Shown here: positions 1-9,006 of the stretch, in pieces | Layout: the number at the start of each line of letters is the position of its first letter | Numbering within the stretch: the stretch's first letter is position 1 | Assembly (NCBI GenBank): GCA_003388555.1 | Contig: QQVD01000007.1 | Span: 10,030-74,029, forward strand | Origin: Acidobacteriota bacterium | GTDB taxonomy: Bacteria; Acidobacteriota; Thermoanaerobaculia; Multivoradales; Multivoraceae | Direction of reading: 5' to 3' | DNA: 64,000 bases | The notes under the pieces: model-generated | Database searches by the model: none | Told to the model about the DNA's origin: nothing | What the model saw: only the letters and a program-made list of their open reading frames with translations | Translations under genes and position numbers: made by a program

Positions 1-103
1 CTCCGCGCCTGCTCGGGCGGAAGCCGGGGTGCCGACCTGGAGGAGCATCGTCGTGTAGCGTCGGGTGGCGTCGTCGGCGCGGCGGCGTGTGACGGTCGCG
101 GGC

Positions 104-568
104 TCAGTCGATCTCGAAGATGGCGTCGATCTCGACCGGCACGTCGAACGGCAGCACGTTGGTGCCGACGGCGAAGCGGGCGTGGCGCCCGCAGTCACCG
201 AACACCTCGACCATCAGGTCGGAGGCGCCGTTGATCACCTTCGGCTGGTCGACGAAGTCGGGGGTGCAGTTGACGAAGCCACCGAGCTTGACGCAGCGGA
301 TCACCCGGTCGAGGTCGCCGCCGCAGGCCTGGTTGACCACCGAGATGATGTTGAGGCCGACCAGCCGCGCCGCCTCCTGGGCCTCTTCGAGGGAGTACTT
401 GTCGCCGACCTTGCCGCGGTAGGCGAGGGCGCCGTCGCGGAACGGCACCTGGCCGGAGACGAACACCTGCTGGTTGCTGATCACGAAGGGCACGTAGTTG
501 GCGGCCGGTGGCGGCGAGCCGGGCAGCTCGATGCCGAGCTCGGCGAGGCGTTCGTTGACGATCGGCAT
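104..568 (-). CDS. RidA/YjgF family protein
   Basis: MPIVNERLAELGIELP..AANYVP..VSGQVP..INGASDL..GRHARFAVG..PVEID are typical RidA-family motifs; ATG at 568. Confidence 0.9.
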   Translation of the reverse strand: MPIVNERLAELGIELPGSPPPAANYVPFVISNQQVFVSGQVPFRDGALAYRGKVGDKYSLEEAQEAARLVGLNIISVVNQACGGDLDRVIRCVKLGGFVNCTPDFVDQPKVINGASDLMVEVFGDCGRHARFAVGTNVLPFDVPVEIDAIFEID

Positions 569-815
569 TCCGGGTTCCCCTTCGGTCTCTGGCGGGCGTA
601 GCGCTGCGCTGCGACCCGTGGCTCTCAGACGGCGGAGCGAAAGCGTCACGATACCAGCAATCGGAGCCTCGGCCCTGTCGCGGCGGGCGGGCGCGTCGCG
701 CTCCGCCCACGGTGGGCGGAGGAACCGACGGCGAGCCATGGCGTGAACCGCCGCGTGCACGCCGCGTGCACGCCGCGGCCGCGTGCGCAGCCTGCGCCGC
801 TAAGATGCGCGCACC

Positions 816-1706
816 ATGCGCAACCCGCTCGCCGACATCGTGGGGCCGGCGTCCCAGTTCTACGTCTCCCAGCGCCTGCGTCTGCACTACCTCGACTGGG
901 GCAACGAAGAGAAGCCGCTGCTGCTGCTGGTGCACGGCGGGCGCGACCACGCCCACAACTGGGACTGGGTGGCCAAGGCGCTGCGCGACGACTTCCACAT
1001 CGTCGCTCCCGATCTGCGCGGTCACGGCAACAGCCAGTGGGCGATCGGCGGCATGTACGCGATCTCCGATTTCGTGCTCGACATCGCCCAGCTGCTCGAG
1101 GCTCTCGATCAGTTCCCGGTGGCGATCGTGGCGCACTCGCTCGGCGGCATGATCTCGCTCCAGTACACCGGCCTGTATCCCGACCGGGTGTCCAAGATCG
1201 TCGCCATCGAGGGCCTGGGCCCGTCGCCCGAGCGCCTCGCCGAGCTGCGCCAGCGCGAAGCCCACGAGCGCTTGGTCGGCTGGATCAGCGAGATGCAGGG
1301 GCTCGCCGCGCGCCACCCCCGTCACTACCCGTCGGTCGAGGCGGCGGCGCGCCGCATGCAGGAGGTCAACTCCTTCCTCTCGGCCGAGCAGGCGCGGCAC
1401 CTCACGGTGCACGGCGTCGCCCGCAACGAGGACGGCACCTACGGCTGGAAGTTCGACAACTACGTGCGCGCCGGCGCCCCCTTCCGCATGGACGAGGACG
1501 AGATCCGCGCCATCTGGAACCGCATCACCTGTCCCACCCTGCTGGTGCGTGGCACCGAGAGCTGGGCCAGCGACCCGGTCGAGGACGGCCGCATCGAGGC
1601 CTTTCGCAACGCCGAGCTGCGCAACTTCGACGGCGCCGGCCACTGGGTGCACCACGACCGCACCGACGACTTCATCGAGGTGGTGCGCGAGTTCCTGCTC
1701 GGCTGA
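816..1706 (+). CDS. Alpha/beta fold hydrolase
   Basis: LLLVHGG, APDLRGHG, AHSLGG nucleophile elbow and GAGHWVH catalytic His. Confidence 0.9.
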   Translation: MRNPLADIVGPASQFYVSQRLRLHYLDWGNEEKPLLLLVHGGRDHAHNWDWVAKALRDDFHIVAPDLRGHGNSQWAIGGMYAISDFVLDIAQLLEALDQFPVAIVAHSLGGMISLQYTGLYPDRVSKIVAIEGLGPSPERLAELRQREAHERLVGWISEMQGLAARHPRHYPSVEAAARRMQEVNSFLSAEQARHLTVHGVARNEDGTYGWKFDNYVRAGAPFRMDEDEIRAIWNRITCPTLLVRGTESWASDPVEDGRIEAFRNAELRNFDGAGHWVHHDRTDDFIEVVREFLLG

Positions 1707-1833
1707 GGGAGTCGAGACCCGTGAGCTCGGCCGACCCGAGCTCCGTGGTCGAGCCCCGCACGAACGGTGTGGCGAGTCATCGGCAGGGACAACCCCGCCC
1801 CAATCTCATCCTTGCAGGCAAGCCGCTTCCGAT

Positions 1834-1891
1834 CCTCCCCCTTCAGGGGGAGGGCAGGGTGGGGGTGTCTCGTCGAGCGATTCCTTCTCAG
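1834..1891 (+). repeat. Palindromic intergenic repeat (family A), copy 1
   Basis: CCTCCCCCTTCAGGGGGAGG hairpin followed by GGTGGGGGTGTCTCGTCGAGCGA; recurs 8 times in the window. Confidence 0.85.
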
Positions 1892-2135
1892 GGCAAGGCC
1901 GGGTCTTGTCGGTTTTGGGGGTTTCCCAGTCGTCCGGCTCGCCGCGCCTCTCTCCTCCAACCACCTATGGAACAGCGCCCGTCTCCCCTCGTAGGAGAAG
2001 ATGCGATACGGCGCTGCAGCTCGTGCCGGTCAGGCACTCTCGAGGATCGGCCTCTTCGTCGCACGGCCGGTCCATCCATTCCGCCTCAGGTGGAGGCGAC
2101 GCCACGTGCGGCGGCTGACGCTGAGGAGACATCCG

Positions 2136-2483
2136 ATGAAGACCAGCTCGATCTCTAGCAGTCCCGGATGGCCACCAAGGGCTGCCAGCGCAGACTCGGC
2201 CGACGAGCTGCCGCCCACTCCTGCCGTCCGAGGTTTCGGCGCCCGCTGGCCTCGTGGCGCCCGCCGGTCCAGGCTGGCCGCGATCCGCCGCAACGCCACG
2301 GTGCTCCCGCTCGCCCTCGCCCTCGCCCTGGCCGTCGCGCCGGCCTTTCTGGCCAGCGCCCAGCCCGCGGCGCCCTCTGCTTCCGCAGCTGCCGAGACCG
2401 GCGCCTCCGACACCGCGATCTCCCCCGAGGCGCTCTGGGCGGCGGCCCAGGCGGGCGACCTCGCCGGCGTCGGGGGGTCTTGA
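2136..2483 (+). pseudogene. Truncated secreted protein, possibly the start of an ankyrin-repeat protein
   Basis: GAGGAG RBS before ATG; hydrophobic signal-like segment LPLALALALAVAPAFLASA; ends abruptly after ankyrin-like EALWAAAQAGDLAGV. Confidence 0.45.
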
Positions 2484-2530
2484 CATCTATCCGGGCGGGC
2501 AACCGCACGGAGGAGTGTAAGGATCTACCA

Positions 2531-2821
2531 ATGAAATGCGTCACCGCCACGGAAGGCCGTCGCCTTCTCTTCCGTCTGCTCGACGAGGTCGAGCGCGGCG
2601 AGGAGGTCGTTCTGGAGCGCGCCGGCGTGCGTTTCCGGCTCTCCCTCGAAGCCTCGACGTCCGCACCCGCCGCGTCTGCGCAGAGCCCGTTCGTCGTCCG
2701 CGATCCCACCCTGCTCGACGGGGAGTGGTCGTGGGTCGGCGACCAGCACGGCAAGCTGAACTACCGGCCGCATGGTCACCCCTCATCGGCCAGTGGCACG
2801 GATCGTTCTCACGATCCCTGA
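2531..2821 (+). CDS. Phd/YefM-like antitoxin (no toxin partner seen)
   Basis: MKCVTATEGRRLLFRLLDEVERGEEVVLER matches the Phd/YefM N-terminal DNA-binding pattern. Confidence 0.75.
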   Translation: MKCVTATEGRRLLFRLLDEVERGEEVVLERAGVRFRLSLEASTSAPAASAQSPFVVRDPTLLDGEWSWVGDQHGKLNYRPHGHPSSASGTDRSHDP

Positions 2822-3106
2822 TCCCGCCCCGGCACTCACCCGATGGTCGGAGCACGACCGCGTTCGGCTACGTCTCCACATCCACGGCGCGGGTGCCAGC
2901 CGAAGCCCTGAACGGTCGAAGGCCGCAGACCAGGGTTTTCGGATCGGATCTTCCCTGACGCGCTGGGCGAGAGCTCCGAGGGCGGGACGCCTCTCCGACT
3001 CGTCGCCGCCGCTGTCGCGGGTCTCCGGCAGCCATTCTCTCGTTCCCGAGTCGCTCTCTCGCCGACGCTCGACTGCATCCGCCGACCGGTTTCCGGAGTC
3101 ACTTCC

Positions 3107-4990
3107 TTGTCCTCTCCCTTCCTCACCCGCCTCGCGGGCAGCAACCCAGCCAGCGAAGCCGACTTCGACCCGGCGTCGCGGCGCTGGCTGTTCGTCGCCT
3201 ACGACCAGCTGAGCGACCAGATCGGTCCGCTCGCCGAGGAGGATCCCGGCGACCTCGGCATCGTGCTCGTGGAGACGAGCTGGAAGCCGCGCCTGCGGCC
3301 CTACCACGTGCAGAAGCTGGCGACGCTGCTCACCTCGCAGCGCCACTTCGCGCTCGAGCAGGCGGAGCGCGGCGTCGCGGTGCACTATCTCTTCTCGGAG
3401 GAGCCCTACTCCGAGGCGCTGCGCACCGCGCGCGCCGAGCTCGGCCTCGACGAGCGGGGCGAGCCGCTGCGCATGCAGGAGGCCGCCGAGTGGGAGCTGC
3501 GCCGCGTGCTCGAGCCGCTGGTCGAGGACGGCCACGTCGAGGTCGTGCCGCACGGCGCCTGGCTGACCACGACCGAGCAGTTCTGCGAGCACGCCGGCGA
3601 GGAGCCGCCGTGGCGCATGGATCGCTTCTACCGCGGCGTGCGCCAGGACACCGGTCTGCTGATGGACGGAGACTCCCCCGAGGGCGGCCGCTACAGCTTC
3701 GACGGCGACAACCGGGAGGCGTGGAGCGGCGAGCCCGAGGCCCCCGACACTCCGACCTTCGAGGTCGACGAGATCACCGCCGAGGTCGGCGCGCTGATCG
3801 AGGAGCGCTTCGCCGACCACCCGGGCGCTCTGCGGCTCGAGGCGATCGCCGCCTCGCGCGACGACGTCGAGCGGCTGTGGCAGTGGGCGCTCGAGCGCTG
3901 CATGGAGCACTTCGGCGCCTACGAGGATGCGATGAGCAGCCGCTCCAGCGGCATCTTCCACACTCGCATCTCGCCGCTGCTCAACCTCTGCCGGCTGCTG
4001 CCCGAGCGGGTGGTGCACGACGTCGCCCAGGCCGACATCCCCCTCAACAGCAAGGAGGGCTTCATCCGTCAGGTGATCGGCTGGCGCGAGTTCGTGCGCC
4101 ACGTGCACCGCGAGACCGACGGCCTGCGCCGCCTGCCGGGGAAGAGGTCGGGCCAGTCGGGCCGGAACGAGAAGAGCGAGCAGATCGACTGGCGCGAGGT
4201 CCCCGCCCTCGACGCACCCGGCGACGGCGGCCACGCGCGCTGGCAGGAGTGGCTCGAGGACCGGGATTCGCAGGCCGACGACGGAGGGGAAGATGCGGCC
4301 GACGTGCCGCCCGTCGACGCCCGCTGGCCCCTGGACGCGGATGCCGCGGAGGACTCCAGCGAAGCGGAGAGCGACCTGCTGGTGCAGCTCGGCGGCGCGG
4401 CGCCCTCCGAGCTCGGCAGCGACGGCGAGCTGCCGCCTGCCTTCTGGGGCGCGCCCTCCGGCCTGCGCTGCCTCGACACCGTGGTCGAAGACGTCTGGCG
4501 CGAGGGCTACAGCCACCACATCACCCGGCTGATGGTCCTCGGCAACCTGGCGACCCTGCTCGACCTGTCGCCGCGACAGCTCACCGACTGGTTCTGGGTC
4601 GCCTACGCCGACGCCTACGACTGGGTGGTCGAGCCCAACGTGCTCGGCATGGCCACCTTCGCCGCCGGCGAGCTGATGACCACCAAGCCCTACGTCTCCG
4701 GTGCCGCCTACATCCACCGGATGAGCGACTACTGCGGCGACTGCGCCTTCCATCCCAAGAAGACCTGTCCGATCACGCGCTGGTACTGGGCCTTCCTCGA
4801 GCGCCACGCCGAGGCCCTCGAGGGCAACCAGCGCATCGCCATGCAGCTGCGCTCGGCGCAGAAGCGGAGCGATCCCGAGCAGGAGCTCGACGCCGCCTAC
4901 TTCGAGACCGCCCGCGAGCTGCTCGAGGGCGGCGAGCGGTTGACGCCCGAGGTGTTCGCCGAGCTCGACGAGAGGCTCGGCGGCGACTGA
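3107..4990 (+). CDS. Cryptochrome/photolyase family protein (FeS-BCP, PhrB-like)
   Basis: YHVQKL, WRMDRFYR, GGRYSFDGDNR, EGFIRQVIGWREF, YSHHITRLMVLGN, YDWVVEPNVLGM, TKPYVSGAAYIHRMSDYCGDC...CP (Fe-S Cys); start codon uncertain. Confidence 0.9.
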   Translation: MSSPFLTRLAGSNPASEADFDPASRRWLFVAYDQLSDQIGPLAEEDPGDLGIVLVETSWKPRLRPYHVQKLATLLTSQRHFALEQAERGVAVHYLFSEEPYSEALRTARAELGLDERGEPLRMQEAAEWELRRVLEPLVEDGHVEVVPHGAWLTTTEQFCEHAGEEPPWRMDRFYRGVRQDTGLLMDGDSPEGGRYSFDGDNREAWSGEPEAPDTPTFEVDEITAEVGALIEERFADHPGALRLEAIAASRDDVERLWQWALERCMEHFGAYEDAMSSRSSGIFHTRISPLLNLCRLLPERVVHDVAQADIPLNSKEGFIRQVIGWREFVRHVHRETDGLRRLPGKRSGQSGRNEKSEQIDWREVPALDAPGDGGHARWQEWLEDRDSQADDGGEDAADVPPVDARWPLDADAAEDSSEAESDLLVQLGGAAPSELGSDGELPPAFWGAPSGLRCLDTVVEDVWREGYSHHITRLMVLGNLATLLDLSPRQLTDWFWVAYADAYDWVVEPNVLGMATFAAGELMTTKPYVSGAAYIHRMSDYCGDCAFHPKKTCPITRWYWAFLERHAEALEGNQRIAMQLRSAQKRSDPEQELDAAYFETARELLEGGERLTPEVFAELDERLGGD

Positions 4991-5151
4991 GGTCGGGCCG
5001 AGACCCCGACCGCGGTCTGGACCGACCCGCCGCGGCCTGTACCGACCGAGACCGAGACCCTGACCGAGCCCCCGCGAAAGACCCGGCCGAGATCTCCGTT
5101 CATCGGTGACCGAGCCCCTGGAAGTACGACCGAGCCCTTGGAAGCTCGACC

Positions 5152-5204
5152 GATCCGCCGACCGATCCGCCCACCGATCCTCTGAACGATCCTCAGAACG
5201 ATCC
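5152..5204 (+). repeat. Degenerate 12-bp tandem repeat (GATCC-N7, about 4.5 units)
   Basis: gatccgccgacc gatccgcccacc gatcctctgaac gatcctcagaac gatcc. Confidence 0.6.
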
Positions 5205-5214
5205 ATCGATTGCG

Positions 5215-5682
5215 ATGACCGCCGCCGACCTCTCCCGCCTCGCCCTGCTGGGGCAGCTCGCCACCACCCTGCCCCTGGTCGGTCTGATCTGGACCGTGCA
5301 GCTGGTGCACTATCCGCTCTTCCGCCTCGTCGGCGTGGAGCGCTTCCCCGAGTACCACGCCCAGCACTCGCTGTGGATCTCGGTGGTGGTGATGCCGCTG
5401 ATGCTCGCCGAGCTGGCCCTGGCCGTCGCCTGGGCGGCGCTGCCGCCCGACGTCGGCGCCCTGGGTCTGAGCGGCAGCCGCACAGCCCTGCTCGGCCTGC
5501 TGCTCGTCGCCGCGGTGTGGATCGCCACCTTCGCCCTCTCCGTGCCACAGCACGCGCTACTCGCCGAGGGCTTCGACGCCGCCGCCCACGCCCGCCTGGT
5601 GTCGACCAACTGGCTGCGCACCGCGGCCTGGACGGGGAGGGCGGGGCTGCTGATGGCGGTGGCGTGGAAGATGTTGCGTTGA
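5215..5682 (+). CDS. Conserved membrane protein (about 4 TM)
   Basis: GLIWTVQLVHYPLF..FPEYH..H and LVSTNWLRT pattern, hydrophobic segments; next to the photolyase gene. Confidence 0.8.
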   Translation: MTAADLSRLALLGQLATTLPLVGLIWTVQLVHYPLFRLVGVERFPEYHAQHSLWISVVVMPLMLAELALAVAWAALPPDVGALGLSGSRTALLGLLLVAAVWIATFALSVPQHALLAEGFDAAAHARLVSTNWLRTAAWTGRAGLLMAVAWKMLR

Positions 5683-5794
5683 GGCGTGAGCTTCAGCGGC
5701 TCTTGGATCCAAGAGTGCCCAGGGTGCCGTCAGGCGGCTCGTTGCATCCTCGAAGCCGATGCCACCGCTTCGTCCGGAAAGGCGACCCTCCGGG

Positions 5795-5844
5795 CCCTCC
5801 CCCTTCAGGGGGAGGGTGGGGTGGGGGTGTCTCCTCGAGCGACC
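5795..5844 (+). repeat. Palindromic intergenic repeat (family A), copy 2
   Basis: CCCTCCCCCTTCAGGGGGAGGG..GTGGGGGTGTCTCCTCGAGCGA between convergent genes, followed by a pyrimidine-rich tract. Confidence 0.85.
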
Positions 5845-5952
5845 GCTGCTCCGGGAGTCGGGCTCTCTTCCCTTCCGCCCCTCCTCTCCCTTCCGCCCTT
5901 TTCCCTTTTCCCTTGTCCCTCTTCCCCCCAGACCCCTTCCGCCCTCTGCCCC

Positions 5953-6366
5953 CTATTCCCTTGTCCCTTCCCCAAACCTGCGCCCCCGCGCCAGCCGGAT
6001 TGCTCCCTTCGCCGTCGACGCATCGACCCGCCGCCCCTTCTGCCGGATCTCCACCCGCTCCTCGGCGCAAAGGCGCCTGGCCGCGGCGCGGGTGCGCTGC
6101 ATGAGCTCGCGCCAACCGCCTGGATCGGCGACGCGTGCCGCCTCGGAGGGGCAGATCGTGGCGGCGGCCGAGCGCTCGCTCAGCAACCGCAGGATCGACT
6201 CTTCGAGCTGGCGATCGACCTCGCCGAGCGGAGTCCGCCTGCAGCGCTGCGAGCAGTAGCGCACCTGCTCCCAGTCGTCCCGCCACTTCCTGCGCCACTC
6301 GAAGGTGCGGCCGCAGCGGGGGCAGGTCTTGCTCTCTTCGGCGTCGGAGCGGTGGGGCGAGCTCAC
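5953..6366 (-). CDS. DUF2256 + DUF3253 fusion protein
   Basis: KTCPRCGRTFEWRRKWRDDWEQVRYCSQRCR (DUF2256) then TICPSEAAR..WRELM..QKGRRVD..GAIRL (DUF3253). Confidence 0.88.
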   Translation of the reverse strand: MSSPHRSDAEESKTCPRCGRTFEWRRKWRDDWEQVRYCSQRCRRTPLGEVDRQLEESILRLLSERSAAATICPSEAARVADPGGWRELMQRTRAAARRLCAEERVEIRQKGRRVDASTAKGAIRLARGRRFGEGTRE

Positions 6367-6369
6367 TAG

Positions 6370-6784
6370 GGGCTTGCTGAAAAAGTCCTGTGGGCCTCGT
6401 TTCGAGCGCCGTTGGCCTCAGATCCTGTGGCGCGCGAGCGATGGCAATGCGGTGGCATTGTAGATAGAGCGCACCCAGAGGCTGAGGCGAAGCCGAAGGC
6501 GACGGAGAGAGACCAGCGACAGCCTGCTGGCGGTGGTCTCTCAACGCAGGAGATGGTGGGGCGCCGCCGCTCTTGAACGCCCGCAAGAGCGCAAGCGCCG
6601 GAACGCGGGCCCCTCGGGGCTCGCGTTCGGCACAACCCGCAGGGCGCGGGGGTTTGCGCCGCCTGGCCGCCCTGCTGTCTCGGGCCTCCTCCACGATGGC
6701 ACCGCATCGAGTTCGTCGGCCGCGCCGGGGACCAGACGACGCAGATCCCCGCGCGAGGCTCCGCAGGACTTCTTCAGCAAGCCC
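6370..6784. mobile_element. MITE (non-autonomous IS derivative, IS5/IS1182-like ends) with CTAG target duplication
   Basis: Left end GGGCTTGCTGAAAAAGTCCTG and right end CAGGACTTCTTCAGCAAGCCC (1 mismatch in 21); CTAG at 6366-6369 and 6785-6788; no credible ORF inside. Confidence 0.85.
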
Positions 6785-6938
6785 CTAGGACCTCCGTGGT
6801 GGTTGGTGGCCGGGCGAACGGCCTGGGCGGTGACGTCGCCGCGACCTGTCCGGCCTTCGGCTGCGGATGCGGCGTGGATGAGCGTCAGGGCGGGAGCCGG
6901 AGGCCGCTCGCGGCAAAGCGCACATAGGATCGCTGGCC

Positions 6939-7556
6939 ATGGAGCTTCCGCCGCCGCCCTCGTCCGCGCCGTCGCCGACGCCGCCGTCTTCCGCCGACGC
7001 CGCTCGCACGCACGATCCTCACGGCCCGCGCTCCCACGCCTTGCGCGTCTCACTCATCCTCGGGCTCGTCGCCCTGCCGCTGGGCCTGTGGCTCTTCCTC
7101 GAGTCGCAGGGCGTCGGCGTGCCGGAGATGAGCCGTTGGTGGCCGACGATCCTGCTGCTCATCGCGCTCGGCCTGGCGATCGACTTCTTCGCCCTCAGCC
7201 GCCGCCCGCGCTCCGCCGGCCTGGCGGTGCTCTACCTCGGGATCGGCTGCGTGCTCTACGGCTTCACCCTGGGGCGCAACTCGTGGCAGCACACCCTAGA
7301 CCGCTTGCCGGCGGTGCCGCTGGTGATCGGCGCCGCCCTCATCGCCCACTGGCTCGCCGACGGCAGGCGCGGCGGCGCGATGATCGCCGCCGGAGCCGGC
7401 TTCGCGGTGCTCGGCCTCGCCGGGCTCGCCGCCCGCTTCCCGCTGCTCGAGGACCTGCTGCCGCGGGTGCAGGAGCTGTGGGCGCTGGCTCTGCTGTTGG
7501 TGGGGGGAGTGCTGCTCTGGAAGGTGGTCCGGCACCTGCGTGGCGGCGCGCCCTAG
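6939..7556 (+). CDS. Multi-pass membrane protein (LiaI/LiaF-like repeats)
   Basis: About 6 hydrophobic segments; SRWWPTILLLIALG and ELWALALLLVG motifs. Confidence 0.7.
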   Translation: MELPPPPSSAPSPTPPSSADAARTHDPHGPRSHALRVSLILGLVALPLGLWLFLESQGVGVPEMSRWWPTILLLIALGLAIDFFALSRRPRSAGLAVLYLGIGCVLYGFTLGRNSWQHTLDRLPAVPLVIGAALIAHWLADGRRGGAMIAAGAGFAVLGLAGLAARFPLLEDLLPRVQELWALALLLVGGVLLWKVVRHLRGGAP

Positions 7557-7769
7557 CCGCCTCGCGTCACGACTCCCGGTCGATGCCGGTGCGCCCCGCC
7601 GTCTCCGGGTGCACAGCGGCGCGACGCAGCAGCCGTCCTGATGGGAACGCCTCGGGAACGCCTCGGTGCCCTCCGGGGTCGATGGCTGCCCTCGAGTCGC
7701 GCTCCGTCGCGGCCGTCTTCCGCCGAGCACCGATCGCGCCGCCGGCGTTCGGTGCGACCCGAAACGAAC

Positions 7770-7795
7770 AAGGCCGGGCGCGAACGCCCGGCCTT
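7770..7795 (-). terminator. Intrinsic terminator hairpin
   Basis: AAGGCCGGGCG-TTCG-CGCCCGGCCTT followed by a T-rich tail on the minus strand, just after the 7823 stop. Confidence 0.7.
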
Positions 7796-7822
7796 CGATC
7801 AGACAGCTGAAGCCGAAGCGGC

Positions 7823-8713
7823 TCAGGCCATCCGGCGCAGCGTGAAGAGCGCTCCCAGGCCGAGCAGCAGGCCGAGGGCCACCAGGCCGACGGTGCTGGC
7901 GGTGGGGATCTCGAGCACGTTGCCGCGCACCTCGGTGCCGTTGATGACGAACGGGAAGCCCTGCTGGGTCAGTGTGCCGCTGTCGAGAGCGTCAGGGTAG
8001 GTGACGCCGGCGTCGAGGCTCTGCAACCCATTGCCCGTTGTCGACTGACCGCTGATGTTGAGCGGCGGTGCCCAGGGGCCGGAACCGAGGCTGCCGTCCG
8101 CTTGCCAGGCGAGCCAGTAGGTGCCCGGCGGCAGAGAGATGCCGACGGTGACCGTGTTGGCCATGATCGGCCGGTCGCTGGCGACGCCGGTGGTGGTCTC
8201 GGTGACGCGGTAGACGCCCGACCAGGACGACGAGGCGAGCACGTTGGTGGTCAGGTCACCGAACACCACGGTGCTGCCCGGAGCGGCGGGCGGGCCGTCC
8301 CAGATCTGCACGCGAGCACCGGTCATGGTCGAGACGGTCGTCGAGCCGGTCTGGTAGGCGAAGAAGGTGATGTCGTCGATCTGCCACTCGTCGACGTCGC
8401 CAGGAATGGTGAAGTCGTCCGCGACGACGTTGTCGAAGGCGAACTGGTGGCCGAAGCCCAGCGTGTTCATGCCGAGCGTGACGCTCTGCAGGATGCTCTC
8501 GTCGGCGCCGCCGACGCCAGTGCCGGGAGAGTCGGCGAACTGGCCGTTGTCATAGAGCACGCTGCCGCCGCGCACCCAGAGGTTGCCGAAATCGGGCTGC
8601 ACGACCGGGCCGGGCGCGACCTCAGGGTTGAAGACGTCCGCGGCGTCGGGAGTGGCGACCGCGCCGCTGCTCAGCAGCAGCAGGGCGAGGCAGGTGACGT
8701 TGAAGACTTTCAT
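7823..8713 (-). CDS. Secreted protein with IPTL-CTERM-type sorting signal
   Basis: Signal peptide MKVFNVTCLALLLLSSGAVA; C-terminal EIPTASTVGLVALGLLLGLGALFTLRR (IPT + TM + basic tail). Confidence 0.85.
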   Translation of the reverse strand: MKVFNVTCLALLLLSSGAVATPDAADVFNPEVAPGPVVQPDFGNLWVRGGSVLYDNGQFADSPGTGVGGADESILQSVTLGMNTLGFGHQFAFDNVVADDFTIPGDVDEWQIDDITFFAYQTGSTTVSTMTGARVQIWDGPPAAPGSTVVFGDLTTNVLASSSWSGVYRVTETTTGVASDRPIMANTVTVGISLPPGTYWLAWQADGSLGSGPWAPPLNISGQSTTGNGLQSLDAGVTYPDALDSGTLTQQGFPFVINGTEVRGNVLEIPTASTVGLVALGLLLGLGALFTLRRMA

Positions 8714-9006
8714 CAGAAGTGGTTCCCCTCTCGAGAGAGTCGATGGTTGGACCAGACGAGCCCCGACGACGGTCGGGCGGCCCGCCTGCACATAGCCGAA
8801 TCGAAGATCGATCCGTGAAGGATAGCAGGGAGGGGCCGGATCGCCCAAGACGGAATCTCGGTCGATCTCGGAGACCCACGCTGCCCTGGTAGCGGGCGGA
8901 GACTGGCGCGGAGATCGGCGTGTCAGTGCGAAGTGTGATCGACTCCGGGACGCTCGCGATGCCGACCTGGACGCGGTCGGCCGCCCGCAGCGGAGCTGTC
9001 GCCGCT

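Noticed and set aside
2480-2485. TTGACA as the -35 box of the orphan antitoxin
   Set aside because: No acceptable -10 hexamer 16-18 bp downstream.
2783-5548. 921-aa minus-strand ORF and other very long antisense ORFs (24073-26511, 43888-46878, 56680-59760, 61693-63549)
   Set aside because: Shadow ORFs of high-GC genes: they overlap well-supported CDS and have no family motifs.
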